This document shows, piece after piece, positions 1-14,665 of a stretch of DNA of 64,000 bases. Below the pieces are notes generated by a model. The model had not been told where the DNA came from, made no database searches, and saw only the letters and a list, made by a program, of their open reading frames with translations. Made by a program: the position numbers and the translations under genes. Where the stretch lies: NCBI RefSeq assembly GCF_036321535.1, contig NC_087437.1:30878001-30942000 (forward strand), read 5' to 3'. Each line of letters opens with the position of its first letter. Within the stretch, counting starts at the first letter, position 1. The DNA is from Camelus dromedarius. Its lineage: Eukaryota.

Positions 1-88
1 CCCTGTGTGTAATGTATATTTTGAAGTTGAGGGAGGTCACAGAAAACTAAGCATAATAATAACCATTTTGTACAATTTGCCCTACATT

Positions 89-116
89 ATTTTTTGGAGG
101 GGGGTAAGTAATTAGA

Positions 117-163
<47 letters not shown>

Positions 164-252
164 GTGTATTTATAGAGGCAATACTGGTGATTGAACGCAG
201 GACCTCATACATGCTAAGCATGCACTCTACCACTTGAACTATACCCTCCCCC
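89..252 (-). mobile_element. tRNA-derived SINE (Vic-1-like) with (TG)n in its tail
   Basis: Minus-strand head GGGGGAGGGTATAGTTCAAGTGGTAGAG with pol III A/B boxes; TSD tgccctacatt at 78-88 and 255-265. Confidence 0.85.
119..167. repeat. (TG)n microsatellite
   Basis: About 18 perfect TG units followed by degenerate TATG/TG units. Confidence 0.95.
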
Positions 253-469
253 ACTGCCCTACATTCTTATGTATTTGTTATATATGGCCAGAGAAAGCAG
301 AATTACAATTTGTTATTGATTCATAACCTGCCATGGATACTTTGGTGTTAGATGGTTCTTTGAACTTTCACTTAGGTAGTATTAGAAACATTTTCAGAAA
401 GACGTGATGCTAATTTCATGCCCAGGAGTTTGTGGTTGAACTCAGCTGAGCTCCACCGCTCTCATCGTT

Positions 470-715
470 TTCAATGAGTAAGTAGGCTCATGGTGCTTTC
501 ATAATAATGGCAGAAGTACAGGAGACAAGTGGAAGCATTAAGATGGCTTAAGACTTGGCACAGTATCACTTCTGCCTGCGTTACATTGGTCATAGCAGGT
601 CTCATGGTTGAGCCCAGTGTCAAGAGTGAGGAAATATATTCTGCTTATAATAGGACAAACTGCAAAGTGACTTGACAAAAGGCATGTACATAGGAAACAG
701 TGAAGAATAGTGTAG
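470..715. mobile_element. MaLR LTR fragment (MLT1-like)
   Basis: Typical motif ggcacagtatcacttctgcc...cattggtc...gcaggtctcatgg...cccag; subfamily recalled, boundaries approximate. Confidence 0.55.
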
Positions 716-3700
716 TCTCTTATATATGGAAAATTAAAAATACCTACAAATAGAGCAAAGACTATAATGTCCTCATCATTCAGCTTAGCAGTTACAAACA
801 TGTGGTTAATATTCCTTCATATATGTTTACTTAGTGCCTTAGTAAGTTAAATGTGTCTGATCTATTTTTGTAGGTTAAGATTGGTCATTTGATTCAGGGC
901 ATTGCTGTCTTATCCATCCATTGTCAAATGCCTCATCAGTCTTTTACCTAATGATTTTAATAGCTAATATCTAATTCAGTGCTTCTCACAGATCTGCAAT
1001 AAATAACCAGTTTTTAAAAAATTCCAATCCACCATAACTACTGTTTTTGTAAAATACCTTTTTAGATATTTATAATTAAAAAATCTAATGCAGAGAATAA
1101 AAGCCCTAAATTTTTATTACAGATTCAAGGAAATAAAATTACTCTCTCAACTTGTTTTATAAGTTTATAAATGCTTATATAAAACTTATGTACATTTTCC
1201 TATTATGGACTGGTGACAGTTTGCAGACCAGCACTGGTCCTTTTGTGGACCACAGTAACTTAGATCCATTATTTTATAAGAGATTGCAAAGTGGTGATAT
1301 TCTAATTCTGTTTTTTCTGGAACTGTTATAAAGAACTTTCTCTCATTAACCCTATGGTTACTTGTGGCAGAGTTGATACTAAAAAAGCAGAATGTATACT
1401 TGATTCCTTCCCATAACTTTCACAAATTTGGTTCATAGTTTTTTCAAGTTCTATTAACTCATCATTATTTTCAATAAAGTATAGTTCAGGCACATGTGAC
1501 AGTTGAAAGGGCAAGATATAGAATGGAGATTGGGATTATGAAGTATAATAGTAGCATCTTGAAAAATGGACTGTGTGCTGAATACCTGTAAAACTGACAT
1601 TCTACTGCTTAAACTATAGTTTTTCTTACGGAAAAAAGTATAGATCTCTTCTAAGCTAAAACTAATTCTTAAACGTGTTTTAGGAATAGTGATTTTATAA
1701 GAGAGGCAAAATTGAAGCTCTTCACAAACTCAGTATATTTAAAGAGATAGCCCTTTGATTATCTTTCATCTCTGCTTGAAAAGTGTTGTCATCTGAGGTC
1801 ATACTGATAGTATGAGGTGATGAACTGAAGGGAGGCTAAAACTGTATTTCTGTTTCTTTGTTTGCTTCTTTGCAAGGAACCTTTGGTTCTATAGTGTCGT
1901 GTAGCCCATTCAATCCAAGGCAGTATTTTTTGTTAAAATAATAGACCTCAGCCACAATTAGAATGCAGAGTCAGTCAGGAAAACTAAAGGTTAACATAAA
2001 GAAAAAAACCTGTGAGGAGTGTAACTAAGAAAATCAGGTTGAACATAATTCAGAACTTTTCCTTCTGATATTTTAGTGGTATGACAACAGTTACTGAATG
2101 CTGTTTGGGTGTGTATATTGCCAACTTTCAGAAAAAAAAACCCAGAATGATTTGGGCTAATTAATAGTAGTTTTGATTTATCTAGAGATCACCTTGTTTC
2201 TCAGTTGGCTAATGCTGACCATTGAATGGGAAAAGTAGCTATAATAAAACTTTTTAAGGATTTAAAATGAGGTAAAGAATAGTGTACTTTGATTTTAATC
2301 AACAGTGCCAAGTTTTCTTAGTTATAGTTTGTCAACCAAATAACATTGCTATAACTTTCTCAAAAGACCTCTTTTAGGATCATTGAAATCAAAGGGGAAA
2401 ATAGATCATTGATTTCAAAAGGTTTAAAAATTAGAATTAGAAATTGTGACACTGGAATAATTTTTTATTTCCCTTGAAGTTAGAAAAGAAAGATAATTTA
2501 GAATTGTGTGTTTATTTTATTACCCAGTGATCATATGTATAAATTAAACCCATTAATGCTATATTTTATCTGAGAAGCTGAAATTTCTCAACCACTTCCA
2601 TGATTAGGGTTTGTGTATATGGGTTATGGCTGTCTTTAAGTGGCTGCTAAAAGTAGTATCTGAGTCTGAGCTAAACTGCTTTTTAATTCATTGATTTAGA
2701 TAATACGTTCAGACTGTTCAGGAATGGTGCCCATTTGAATTTGAAAGGAGCTGTTCGCACCTTTGTAGATAGGGGAGAAGAGGATTTATAATGACTTTGA
2801 AGAATCAAAAGCTACAGTTGTTTACTCAAGAGAAGATGATGTTCTAATCAGAAGTACTACAGATTAGTTCAGAAAAGGAGAAAAAATAATTTAATTAGAA
2901 ATTAGAAAGATAATACCGAAATGATAGTAGCATGGCCCCAAATAACATGTAGAAACAAAATAAGAGTGATGAATAACTACAGGCTTGAAATCTCATTAGG
3001 GAAGAGTGTTTCCTCAATGTATGAACTCATTAACTAACCAAGAACAGTGAACGGCTATGTCAACACCATATTTCACTAGGGACTTGTATTTCCCAAACTT
3101 GTTGAACACTGAAAACTTAAACATAGTAACTTATTGAAGATATTCCATTTGAGGCCTATAGGTTGCATACTTGGATTAAACGAGAGAGAGAATGAATTCA
3201 AACAAATTGAGTGATCAAAATTATAATATTTAATATCTACAAATGTGTTGAAATTATAGGACAAATGGAACAAAAGTCAGTGATCATAATGTAGGTAACG
3301 TGAAACGGTCGGTAATAAGTAAGCATTGCTTAAACGACTAAATGTATATTCAGTGTTGTGTATTATTGCATCAGGGGATGTCGCATGACTTCTAGATTTT
3401 TCTTAGGTGTATAACTATAGGCATTTTATACATTTGTTACATAAAATGAACAACTGAATCACTGTCACCTGTATTCAGTAATTGCACCTAGAATTTTTTT
3501 TATATATTGTAGCAGACTTACTTTTTTTTTTTAAAGAATCACATACCACCTAGATGTAGATAAAAGATCTCTATATTTATATGAAATAGTTTTAGTGTTT
3601 CTAAACCTTATTCACATTTAGCCTCTTCTGAATTACTTTTTGACTTGAGTTGTCCAGGTCCTGTTTTTCCACAGATCTTTTATTCCATCAAGAATTTTGA

Positions 3701-5058
3701 TGATTCAGTATTTCTTGAGGATGCTCAGTTATTTCTGGGATTTTTTTTCCAGGCCATTGACAACTCATTCTGGAATTTTTGACATTAGTGCTTCCTTAAT
3801 CTTACCAGAAGATGTCAATGGAAGTTTTTCAGGTAATAACCAGAACTCAGTCCTTCTTCAAATGGTTTGTAAAAAGCTTTGCTGACTGAAATGTTAAGGG
3901 ATTGCACTTGTTCAGTGATACCAGTAGGAATAACAAGCCACTGTACTTTCCAGGGATCTTTCTCAACTGTGCATAGAATGAATAGGGAAATGACATACTT
4001 GATGAATTACAGAAAGCTCCAGCATGTCTATTCTAGATGACTTTCAGCCAAGCTCACCTGTGTTTCTTTCCCTGAACTATTGGGGCATCTTTCTGCTCTA
4101 AGGAAAATTAACTGAGAGATTCTGGGAATCACTCTCCCCTAAGGGGTTTTATGTCAAATTGTATGTAACTATGACCTTGGCAATGACAGTTTTGTCATTG
4201 GGCTAATGGAAAATTTAAGTTATAGCATGATTTCAGAGATGTCTGATTCCTTTCAGTTGACGTATCTGAGATTGATTCATCCATGTTGGGATTTTTCAGC
4301 CAGAGAGGACAGCATACGACTCTGAAGGGCTGTGGAAAGTTTAAAATGACAATTTAGGCAAAAGAGTAGGCCAAGGCATCATAGGGCTTCGAAAGTATTT
4401 TCGCCTTTATTGAACTTTATTCTAAGGGAGAGTTGCTATAGGATTTTAAGCAGGGGGAGGGCTTAAATCAGATTTTCTTTTTTTCTTTCAAGCGCACAGT
4501 CATGTGAATCAAGTGATCAAAGTAGATATCCCTGGTAGCGGAACAAAATGGCATTGTGTCCTTGCCGTTGTATCACATCAGGAGAAGTCAATGTAAAATC
4601 ATCATCAATGTAAAATTGTTGCCAATTTTACAAAAAAAAAAAAAAGATTTATCTAGAGTATAATCTTGAGGCAACAAATAGATCCTGGTTGTGGGTCGTT
4701 CTGCAAAAAGCTTGCTCTGAACTTTTAAAAATGTCCATGTTGTGAAGGACCATAAAAAGGTGAAGAGGTGAGTAGTTCTAGATTAATGTGTGTGCAAAGT
4801 TGTCTTTGGTAGGGTCCTGGAATTTTTAAAAAAGCCATAAGGGTATTTGTGACATTTGGGGAAATACATAATATTAGTGTTAAATTTGTTGGGTGTGATA
4901 ATGGTATTGTAATTGTGTAGGAGAATATCCCTCTTTGTAGGAGCTACATGATGGAAAGTTTTTTTGGGGAGCTAAGTATTTACAGTTTAGTCTCCAGTTT
5001 TTCAGGGAGCGGGGAAGTATACATAAATATAAATAAAACAAATGAAGCAAAATGTTAG

Positions 5059-5151
5059 TTTTTTTTTTTTTAATAGAGGTACTGGCGATTGAACTCAGGA
5101 CCTCGTGCACACTAAGCATGCAGCTCTACCACTAAGCTGTCTCCACCCCCC
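5059..5151 (-). mobile_element. tRNA-derived SINE (Vic-1-like), short form
   Basis: gaggtactggcgattgaactcaggacctc...ctctaccactaagct with poly(T); imperfect TSD aaaatgtta/aaaatgcta. Confidence 0.85.
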
Positions 5152-6992
5152 TAAAATGCTACTGATTGTTAAATTTAGGTAGAGGATGCTTTTGATTTTC
5201 AACTTTTTGTAGGTTTGTAATTTTTCAAAATCAAAGGAGGGTAGAGCAAGCATAGTATAAGGTCAAGAGCTAGAGTCTGACTCTTTGATTTAATCCTTTG
5301 GTTGTAAGCTCAGACTTCAACGTTGTATGTGAGGTGATGGTCTCTTGTGAAAAACCTTCAGTGAAGTTGATTCATCTAAAGTACCTGAGGTGTTGGATAA
5401 TTTTGTGAAGAAATGTACTATTTTTTTAGTTATGGATGTGAATGTACTGTTTTTTTTAGTTACAGGTGTGGTGAGATTGGATTAAGTATTGTGGTCAATC
5501 TTCCAGTAGCCTTTTGGTAATGAAAGGATTATTTTGGGCAGTTGAGAATCCCAGATCACTAAAATGTGTGTGGGTAGGTGTTTTTAAAATCTTTTTTAAT
5601 CCTGAAACTTTTAATTTTGTTTCAACAATTGAAGTCTTCTATTTTGAAAGGCCTTTCAAAGGCATCTACCCAAGTAAGTTTAGTGTTGATGAAATTCAGT
5701 TTCCAAAATCATTTATATATTTTCTCAGACATCAGCAGAACATTATTTCACTCATGTAAGCAAACTTAAAAATAATAACGCTTTACCCCTTTTAATAAGG
5801 CACCAAGATATTAAAAAAGTAACTTTGAAGGTAGTCTTCCAAAAATACGATGCATATTTATATTACTACCTTCTGTAGTGCTAATTGTCTTGGAGTTTGA
5901 AAAGACCTACCATTTTAGTCCTGTTACCAGGGAAGTAACATTTTCTTTGTCTGTAAAACAGAAATACTTTATGAATAAGAAAATATGTAAAACACCTTAA
6001 ATAATAGGTACAAACTAAATATTAATTCCCTTCTTTTTCTTTATTGTAAAATGAAACATAGATAAGGAAATCTACACGTAACGAGTGTTCAGTTGAGTGA
6101 ATTAGAAGTTGTGTGCTTTTTACCCAAAATATTTAAAAAATTTTTTCTTTAAAGCCCCATAATACTATTAAGAGGATGTCTTGGGATTGGTCATTCTGTG
6201 TTCATAGTCAAATTTTGATTCATATTCTTTCATGCTTTGCATAATTTGCTTAATGTCTTTAGCTCACTTAGAAATAATACATTCCAGTTTTGATCTGTTG
6301 AGTATGTCTTTCTGACTTACTCTCTTTAGAAATATTATTTTATTCCTTATTTCCTTTTTTACTTTTAGTAACTTTGTATGGGATTTAACTTCTCTGCTTA
6401 TTGTTTCTCTTTTATGTAAATTTAATCTCTTGAATTTTTAGAACGAATATTCAGATAATGTCTGCAACTTTTGATAGAGTTCCCTCTTATGTTAAATCAT
6501 GGCAGTTTGTTTTCTGAGCATTCCTGGCACTGATTCATTCTCCTTAAGTCTGGCCCTTCTGTTTTCCTTTTGCCTTGTCCTTATCCTACTTAATTTTGAT
6601 TCTGCTCCCAGCAGTTGCTCCTTACTGTGAGCTCTGACCTGGAAGGGAGCTCTGGCCTGTTTGTTGCCACCTGTGCACCGTTAAGAGTGGGCACACTTCC
6701 CAGTGCAGCTACTGTTCTTACATTGGCCCCTGTGCTTTCTAGCTAGTACCTGTTGGCTATTTTGGAATTCTATCCTCAGATTCTTTTATGAGACCTGGTT
6801 GTTACATGAGGCACACAGCTGCTGTTAACACTAGGGATTGTGACTGTTTAGTTCCCACCAGCTTGCATTTTGGGATTCTTGGGGGAATAACTTGTCATTT
6901 AGTTATGTATGTCTTGGGTTTTGGTTTGCTGTCTGGTTGTTCAGTGATATTTGGGAATTCAAGAAGATCCCCAAATGATGCCATTTCCATCT

Positions 6993-7148
6993 TTTTTTTT
7001 TTTTTTTTTGGAGGTGGGGAGGTCATTAGGTCTAGTTATTTATTAATTAGGTTTTTTTTTTTTTAATGGAGATAACTGAAGACTGCACCCAGGACCTCAT
7101 GTATGCTTAGCATGCATTCTGTTACTTGAGCTATATATACCCTTCCCC
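6993..7148 (-). mobile_element. tRNA-derived SINE (Vic-1-like)
   Basis: Same head and tail as the other copies; 14-bp TSD tgccatttccatct at 6979-6992 and 7151-7164. Confidence 0.88.
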
Positions 7149-7799
7149 AGTGCCATTTCCATCTCTACAGAATCTGCAAGATTCTTTTGCTTTATTCTTC
7201 AGTAGGGTTCTGAATATGGTTTAGTTTTTCCTTAGTGTTTTTTTTTTTTTGCTGTCTTAAAAGATATCTTTATGAACATCACTTACTTTATTGTGATTAC
7301 CTAGGTCACTTGAGAGGGGGGTTAACCTTAAACCTTTAGACTTTCGTTTTTACTTTTTAATAGATGCTATAGACAGATAAAATAGGTTTTTCTGTCTTGC
7401 GATGTGGAATTTCATTTGTCTCTACTATTGATGTGACTACTGAGCTATTTTTCTCATTAGGCTACTTTTTCTAATCTGGTGAAGTTTTGTAAGTCTAATG
7501 ATCAAACTTTCAACTTTATGTGAAGTAGGAGTAAATAGATTCAAGGTTTTCAGGGAAAGAGAAAGAAACTTTTGCTTTTATTACTGGTGACCTTTTTGCT
7601 TTTCCCTGAGTTGTTGAAGCTTTGTGCTGGATAGGCAAGTTGATAGCTGAGGTAGAAAGATATGAGGCCAAGGATACCGTGTTTCCTCAGTGATCTCTGG
7701 TGTCATTTGATTGAACATTTTAAAACATACTAAGGAAACAAAAACTTTTCTTTTAAAATCAATTTATTTAAGTAAAAATTTGTTGATTTAAACAAATAG

Positions 7800-8750
7800 A
7801 CAGTCCTTGCTGCACAATAGTAAAATGATCATAAAAATGATCTTACCAGCTGAAACCATGCAAAGCAATCTTAAAATCAATGGAAAAATTACGATGGTTT
7901 TGTGACTTTTACAAAACTTTGTTGACATATTAAGTCTTACTATTAATTATAAAAGGATAGGGAAAATAGTGAAACTACTATTTGGTATGACTTAAAACAT
8001 TAGAAACACTGAGAATTGCTTTTCTTTTTAAACTACTCTTGATAAGTTTTTTACACAGTGTTTCCCTTCACATCTTTTCTGTGCTTTGATGGTTTTCAAT
8101 ATTTTATCCTTTGCATGTCATGAAATATCTCAGAGTTTCTTTAATTGGGAATAATTCCCTGGAGTCATTTCCTCTGGGACACTGTCATCCTTTTTATCAC
8201 AACTGCTTCCCTCATTGATGTTGATAAGTTTTCCTTCACTAAGTGGGTCTGACTGCACATCTAGAGGGGCTCACACAGCAGCAGTGCCAACATTGCCGCG
8301 GCCAGCTATTTCTTCTATAACTCCATTCACGCTGGACTCGAATTTCACTTCCAGCATATCACTTTTCATTTCTTTGCTGCACTTTGATTTTGCTTGTCAG
8401 ACCACTTCTTTGGTTTATCCATATGTGTAAAATGTGATGTGGACTTACCGCCGGACAACAAGGAGGCAACACTACCACACTCTTGGCTGTTTGTTGTGCA
8501 GTGACTAGTCACCAACAGACTTTGAAAGAAAGAACGGGCTTGGTCACTGATCATGATGTTCACCTGCTATTTACTTGATAACTTGTGGATTGATGAGCAA
8601 GGTTTGTACTGTATGTAATTACAGTTAATATATGTTAACTGAAATTTGAACCATGATGTTAGGGACTGTTTTTCGTTAACTAAACCTTGATATAAAACAT
8701 AGCATGAAATTCATGCATTTCAAAATTATACATAGTGAGAACTCTGCTTG
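7800..8750. mobile_element. TcMar-Tigger DNA transposon relic
   Basis: Starts cagtccttgc..., with inverted-end-like agggactg near 8660-8668; interior resembles a Tigger derivative. Confidence 0.5.
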
Positions 8751-9972
8751 TAATATGAAAAAAATAGGTTGTCCTTGTATTTGATGAAAATTTTGAAGGT
8801 GATAATGGAACCGTATCAGAAACTTACACAATAACATAGTAATCTTTTAAAAATACTTTAATCTTTACTAAAAATAGATTAAGAATTTTTAGATAAATTC
8901 CTTAATCTTAAAGGGTGTGTATACAGAAAGACTAAAGGTAATGGTATGAAAGGAGAAAGTTTTAGCATTTCTTGAACTAATATATTCTATAAACTTCTGT
9001 TTTCCATGATCTGATTTTTCTACATTGTTCAGTGTTCATGTGATTAAAACCTTCATTTTTGTGATCTGAGTAATTCCTTCTGGACTGTGGTTAGGTCCCT
9101 CTCACAAATCCTCCTCTGTAGATGTGGCTATGATTGTTGCTTTTTCGCTTACTGCAGAAGGGTGAGTGGTGGTGTGAGGTCTGCATCTCACATAAATGGA
9201 GATGCAAGAAGGGTGAAAGGATTGTGTAAGTGCCTTTAAGAACTGGTTTATAAGGTTTTCTAATGTACAAATTTTACAACTGGAGGGGGGAAAACTCCAA
9301 AAATACATCTGTTGTAAACATTTAGAACATACTGAAGAGTCTAAAAGACAAATTTTAAATAGCTTACTAGTTTCGTTACTCAGATACAGCCTCTGTTAAT
9401 CTTTTGGTGTGTAATCTGTCTATACATTTTCTTCTGATACATATACACTCTTGCACTTTTACACAAAATGTTTTGAAATGGGATCATATTGTATATGCTT
9501 TCTCCAAGTGACTTTCCAGGGTACATAAACATTTTAAAGCTTTTTCTCACGTAAAATTTATAAAAACAGGAGAGAGACTAAAGTAAACACAATGTATGTA
9601 TCACCCAGTTTCAATGATTTCAGTACGTAGGCAATCTTGTTTCATCCATACCTACCTACTTTTGCTTTATTTTGAAACCAGTTCCAGGTAAATATTTTAG
9701 CACACTCCGGCTAAATATTTCAGCACACAGAGTTAAGGTTTTACGTTTTTCCGAATTGCTCTCCCAAAAAAATGTTCTCAATGCACACTTGTCAGAGATA
9801 AGATTAAAAAATGTTTTTAAAATTTTACTCTTGTGGGTTAGATGCATATGTATAATTTTTCTCAGGTAATATAAAAATGCTAGTAAAGTGAATTTGGGCA
9901 TGCTTATACTCTGGCAGGGAACTTTCAGTTCCTCATCAGTATGTCCCTCACAGGGATGCTGTGACTATTAGA

Positions 9973-10113
9973 TAGGGCGGTCATATAATTTATTGTCCAA
10001 ACTGGGATGCTTTTGAAATTTGAAGGAGGCACTATTAATGATAATGCCAGTATAACAGGCATGGCATAAACCAGTACTATATTTTGACTTAGCTGGGTTG
10101 TATGCTTACCCTA
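9973..10113. mobile_element. hAT-Blackjack MITE (MER94/MER81-like)
   Basis: TIRs tagggcggtcata...tatgcttacccta; degenerate 8-bp TSD ctattaga/ttattgga. Confidence 0.7.
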
Positions 10114-10370
10114 TTATTGGATAATGTGCAGAAGATTCTTTAAACATGAAGTGACTATATCATGTAGTCAATAGATGGTAGCTTTTATTTATTCCTGTGG
10201 ATGAATATATGTAAAACTCTTTCCTTTAAAAGAAGTATTTTGAGTTGGCAACTCAAAATCCTAAATTAACCATTTTTGTTTCTGTGTGTTTTTGGAGCTG
10301 CTGTGATCACAATTTTTGAAAGTAGCTCTAATTTTTATAATTAAGTAGACATTTGTGTTAATATTTGCAG

Positions 10371-10552
10371 CTGGAGAATGCCGGAGGAGACCTTAAGGAT
10401 GGCCACCACCACTATGAAGGAGCTGTTGTCATTCTGGATGCGGGTGCTCAATACGGGAAAGTCATAGACCGAAGAGTGAGGGAACTGTTTGTGCAGTCTG
10501 AAATCTTCCCCTTGGAAACACCAGCGTTTGCCATAAAGGAGCAAGGGTTCCG
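10371..10552 (+). CDS. GMPS: GMPS exon 2 (GATase domain start)
   Basis: ttgcag|CTGGAG...TTCCG|gtagac; [40 protein letters not shown]...QGFR. Confidence 0.97.
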
Positions 10553-13500
10553 GTAGACTTTTCACTTACGTTTTTCTGAGAAGGTTGAGCTTAGATTGTG
10601 GGATATTTTATTATTAATTTGCCAGGGTGCTGAATTTTTTAATGAAAATAAGACATGGAATGGTTTTACAAGAAATTTCTCATGGCTCTGATTTAAAAAA
10701 AAAAAAAGGAAAAGATTACCTTAATTTTAAATGCACAGTTACAAGAATTTATCATATCATATTTTAAATATCTTATGTTTTATAGGATTTCTCGGTCAGG
10801 CTTAGATTTACTATTATGGTCATTCACTCATTCATTGATCCCAGTGCATTTGATCAAAGGAACATATATAATAGCTAGAATACCTGGATTAGATCCTGTG
10901 TACAATATGTCTCTGCTTCTTATCCCCAGAGACTAGTTTCTAGTATGAAGACTTCCTAAGTCTAATATAAGGGCTAATTCCACAGCATGTACTCTTAAAT
11001 CTAGTCAAAACGACATCTAACTTACATAGCTTTTTCCTTTAACAACTATTTCGGGTTGATGCAGTGTCTTCTCTCATGGAATTAATGTTCATTCTTTATA
11101 AAGAGCGTTATTCAGAAGCAGGCAACTGCAGTTTATATCCTTAAATGGCTCTTAAACCTTAATGCTATGTTTCTTTCAAAATATAATGTGTTCTTTTTAA
11201 AAACACATTTTTTTCCATTAGAAAAATGGTTAACTTTAAAACTCCATAGACGTGTATAAATTTTCTTGTGATTCTTATTTCTGAAATAGAGTGAATTGGA
11301 AATCAGAAAAGGCAGGCTTAAATTTAACCCTATTCTAGTTTTAGGATGCAGATTTAAAACAGCTATCCCTTTTAAACTGTAGAATTTTAGGGCAAGAAGG
11401 GATCCTTTGAGTTCATCTAATTCAACTGTCTTGATTTGCCAGAGAGAACCAGTTTTAAGGGAATCAAAAAATTGCAAGAAATATGAATGTTAAATCCAAG
11501 CTCCTTCATTCCCGCCACCCCAAACAAACAAAACAAACAAAGCCCCAGCAAACTAATCTAGACCAGATGTTTTAGAATAGGGTAACCAATTCGTGGTAAT
11601 AGAAGTCTAATTTTTTTTTTTTCTTGTCACCTAATTACCTGTTCATAAATGGTTCTTAGGTCCTGCTCATGCCTAGAGCTTCTTCTCTGTGTAGAAGAGT
11701 AGGAACTATAGTACTGAGGCCTTCATTGCTATAATCCTTTTTGCTGAGATAGCTATTTGACACCCTTTTTCTAGAATAAGTTTTAGGTTTATGACATGAG
11801 AGACATCTTAACCTGTTTTCAGAACCTTCATCTGTCTAATACATAAAATTGGTATCGAATGCCTTGGGGGGCTTACTGGGCCTGGTAATTGCAATTTAAT
11901 TTCAAAATAATAGCACAATAGAAATAGAAAACTCAGAATGGGTGATTAGCTCATCTTAAGACTTATTGAGATAAGAATTTTCATAATTGGTTTAAGTGCT
12001 GCTTGAGTTTTATCCTTGACTAAGTCCATTGCCTTTTCTTTTTAATAGTATTAAGAATCTTACAGCCTTGAGTTGTTTAGCAGATTAATGAGGAATGCTG
12101 GGCAGTCCCATGGTGCTTATCCTTTATAAAACTAAATAAAACATACTGAAATTCTAGAGATCTTGATTATTAAACATGTTTTATAGAATTCTATCTTCTG
12201 CATTTTTAAGGAGCTATGTTATATATTTACCCTTTGGGCTAACCCCGCATCCCTTTAAAATTGTTATCTTAAAGATGTCCCATTTATCATCTGAGTAGGT
12301 TGTTATCAGTTTCTTTTGCCAGGAAATAAGCTAACTGATGTAATGTGTACCATAATTCATGTTACCAGTACAAAGTTCAAAGATTAGGGCTTTTGCGCTC
12401 CCTGAAATTATTGTTATATATTAAAAAACTATATGCTAGCTTGTAATTTTTATGAAATTGAGTTACATTATTTTTCTGGATGTATTATAAGTCTAACATT
12501 TTGGTTTATATGTTTTTATGTGGCAAGCAACTGCTAATTATAAAGTGAATTGTAGTCCAAATTTATTTGTAAGTAGATTTTAGTTAGATCTTGGAATGCA
12601 TTTTCTTTTAGAAATACAGATAAATTAGAATTTCTACAAATTCAAACTTAAAAAGAGTTTGAAAATACCTTAAATTGAGTAAAGAGCATAAGTATGCCTG
12701 TACTGTGTAACTGGGCATGTGTGGCAAACTGGAGAGCATGAGTAGTCTGAAGGTGCAAGTCTCCCTGTGATTCCAGTTATTTGTAGCCACGTGAGGGTGA
12801 AGGTCCAGTGTTGACAGGTTTTCCCCCCTCCTTTTTCCTAAAGGAAACCTCAAAATCTGAATTTTTATGTAAAATTCAAAATATTTGAAGTATTGTAAAA
12901 TTCTTTTGGTTGAATGCTGAGGACCAAAGTTAGATGTATCAGAGGTTGAGAGATATAGGCCTCAGTGTTCAACTTTCTTTATAATAATAGTTCTATTCCC
13001 AAATTAACCCATAGAATGTTCCATAAATTATAATGTAGCTAAGTAATAATTTTGACTTGGGCTCTGAGAGCAGGGCATGTGAGGCAAATCATGTTAGCTT
13101 CCATTCCTGGGTCACAGGTAAAACTGTTGGGAACGTTGGACAGGTTTTAAACAGGCAAAGTTAGGTAATTCTTCACATTCTCTGCCATTCTTTATTGTAA
13201 AGTATTGTGCTCTGAGTCTTTCAGGGCCTTCATAATACTGTCAGTTGTCCTCCTGTGACCTACTTTACTCCTTACCTTGCAGAAGACCTCTGTTTTCTCC
13301 GTCTCCTTTGAGAATTCTTGTTTACTTTCTCCATTGATGAGGAAAACAAAACAAATTCAGGCTAACCTTCATAGATACATTGGTGTTACATATTTGGACG
13401 TTTGTGCTTATTAACGGGTGATTGTTTAATTGATAAACTTTCACATATTGCAATAAGTAAACATAATTAAGCTGTATAGGAGGCTGTTAATTAGCTGTGA

Positions 13501-13657
13501 TTGAATCTGGATCTGCTACAATACACTGGAAACATAACAAAATCTCAGAACCTGTATTAAGTCTTTTTCTCAGTGGTACAAGCAGGAGAGGGCATAGACT
13601 TTGTATAAAAATGAGCAGCTAGAGATTCTTCACTGATTCTCTTCCTTAAATCTACAG

Positions 13658-13772
13658 TGCCATTATCATTTCTGGAGGACCTAATTCTGTGTATGCAGAA
13701 GATGCTCCTTGGTTTGATCCAGCAATATTCACCATTGGCAAGCCTGTTCTTGGAATTTGCTATGGCATGCAG
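13658..13772 (+). CDS. GMPS: GMPS exon 3 (catalytic Cys)
   Basis: ctacag|TGCC...ATGCAG|gtacat; [38 protein letters not shown]. Confidence 0.97.
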
Positions 13773-14009
13773 GTACATATATCTGTGAATTTGCCTTGAG
13801 TTGCCTTAATTTTTTTCTGTATCATTCCTACCATACTAGTATTTTTTGTCTTTAGAGTATTTAGGATATTTAGTTGTATGAGGTAATTTGTTTATATTAC
13901 AACTGTTTATGAATACTAGTATGGCAGAACTGACCTGAGAGGGGATTTTTAAGAGAAGAAGCTAATTATATTACTGCATACAACAAAACACTGTCCATTA
14001 AAAAACAAA

Positions 14010-14660
14010 CAAACAAAATTTAGACATTCAGACATACATAAAAGTTGCAGAAACAGTACACAGAGCTCCTGTACACTTTTACTCAATTCCCCAATTGTTG
14101 GCATTATTAACCATTTTGAGAGTAAATTGCAGACATGATTTCTGTTACCTGTATTATCTAAGCACTAGGATTCTCTCCTATGTAACCACAATACAGTTAT
14201 CAGAATGAAGAACTTAATATTGATTCATTGTTAATGTCTAATCCACAGACTCCATTCACATTTTACTGTTGTCTCATTAGTGTCTGTTATAAGTCATGAA
14301 TTCAGTCTAGGAACGTATATTGTCTTTAGTTGTCATGTCTCTTTGCATTCCTTTAGTTTGGAATCATTCCTCAATCTTTCCTTCTCTTTTGTGACCTTGG
14401 CAGTTTTTTAAGAAGTACATTTCAGTGACCTTGTAGAATAGCTCTCAATTTTGGTTTGTTTGATGTTTCCTTATTGTTAGATTCAGGTTATGTATTTTGG
14501 GGCAGGAATGCCACAGAAGTGATGCTGTGCTCCTGTTAGAGCATCTCTTTAGGAGGCACAAAATGTCAATTAATACCATGATAGGTGATGTTAATTTCCA
14601 TCATTTGGTTAAGATGGTGTTTGCCAGGTGTCTTCACTGTAATGTTAGTTAATTAATTAT
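14010..14660 (-). mobile_element. Old L1 3' end (L1MC-like)
   Basis: aaaagttgcagaaacagtacacagagctcc...ttagattcaggttatgtattttggggcaggaatgccacagaagtgatgctgtg. Confidence 0.65.
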
Positions 14661-14665
14661 ATCTA

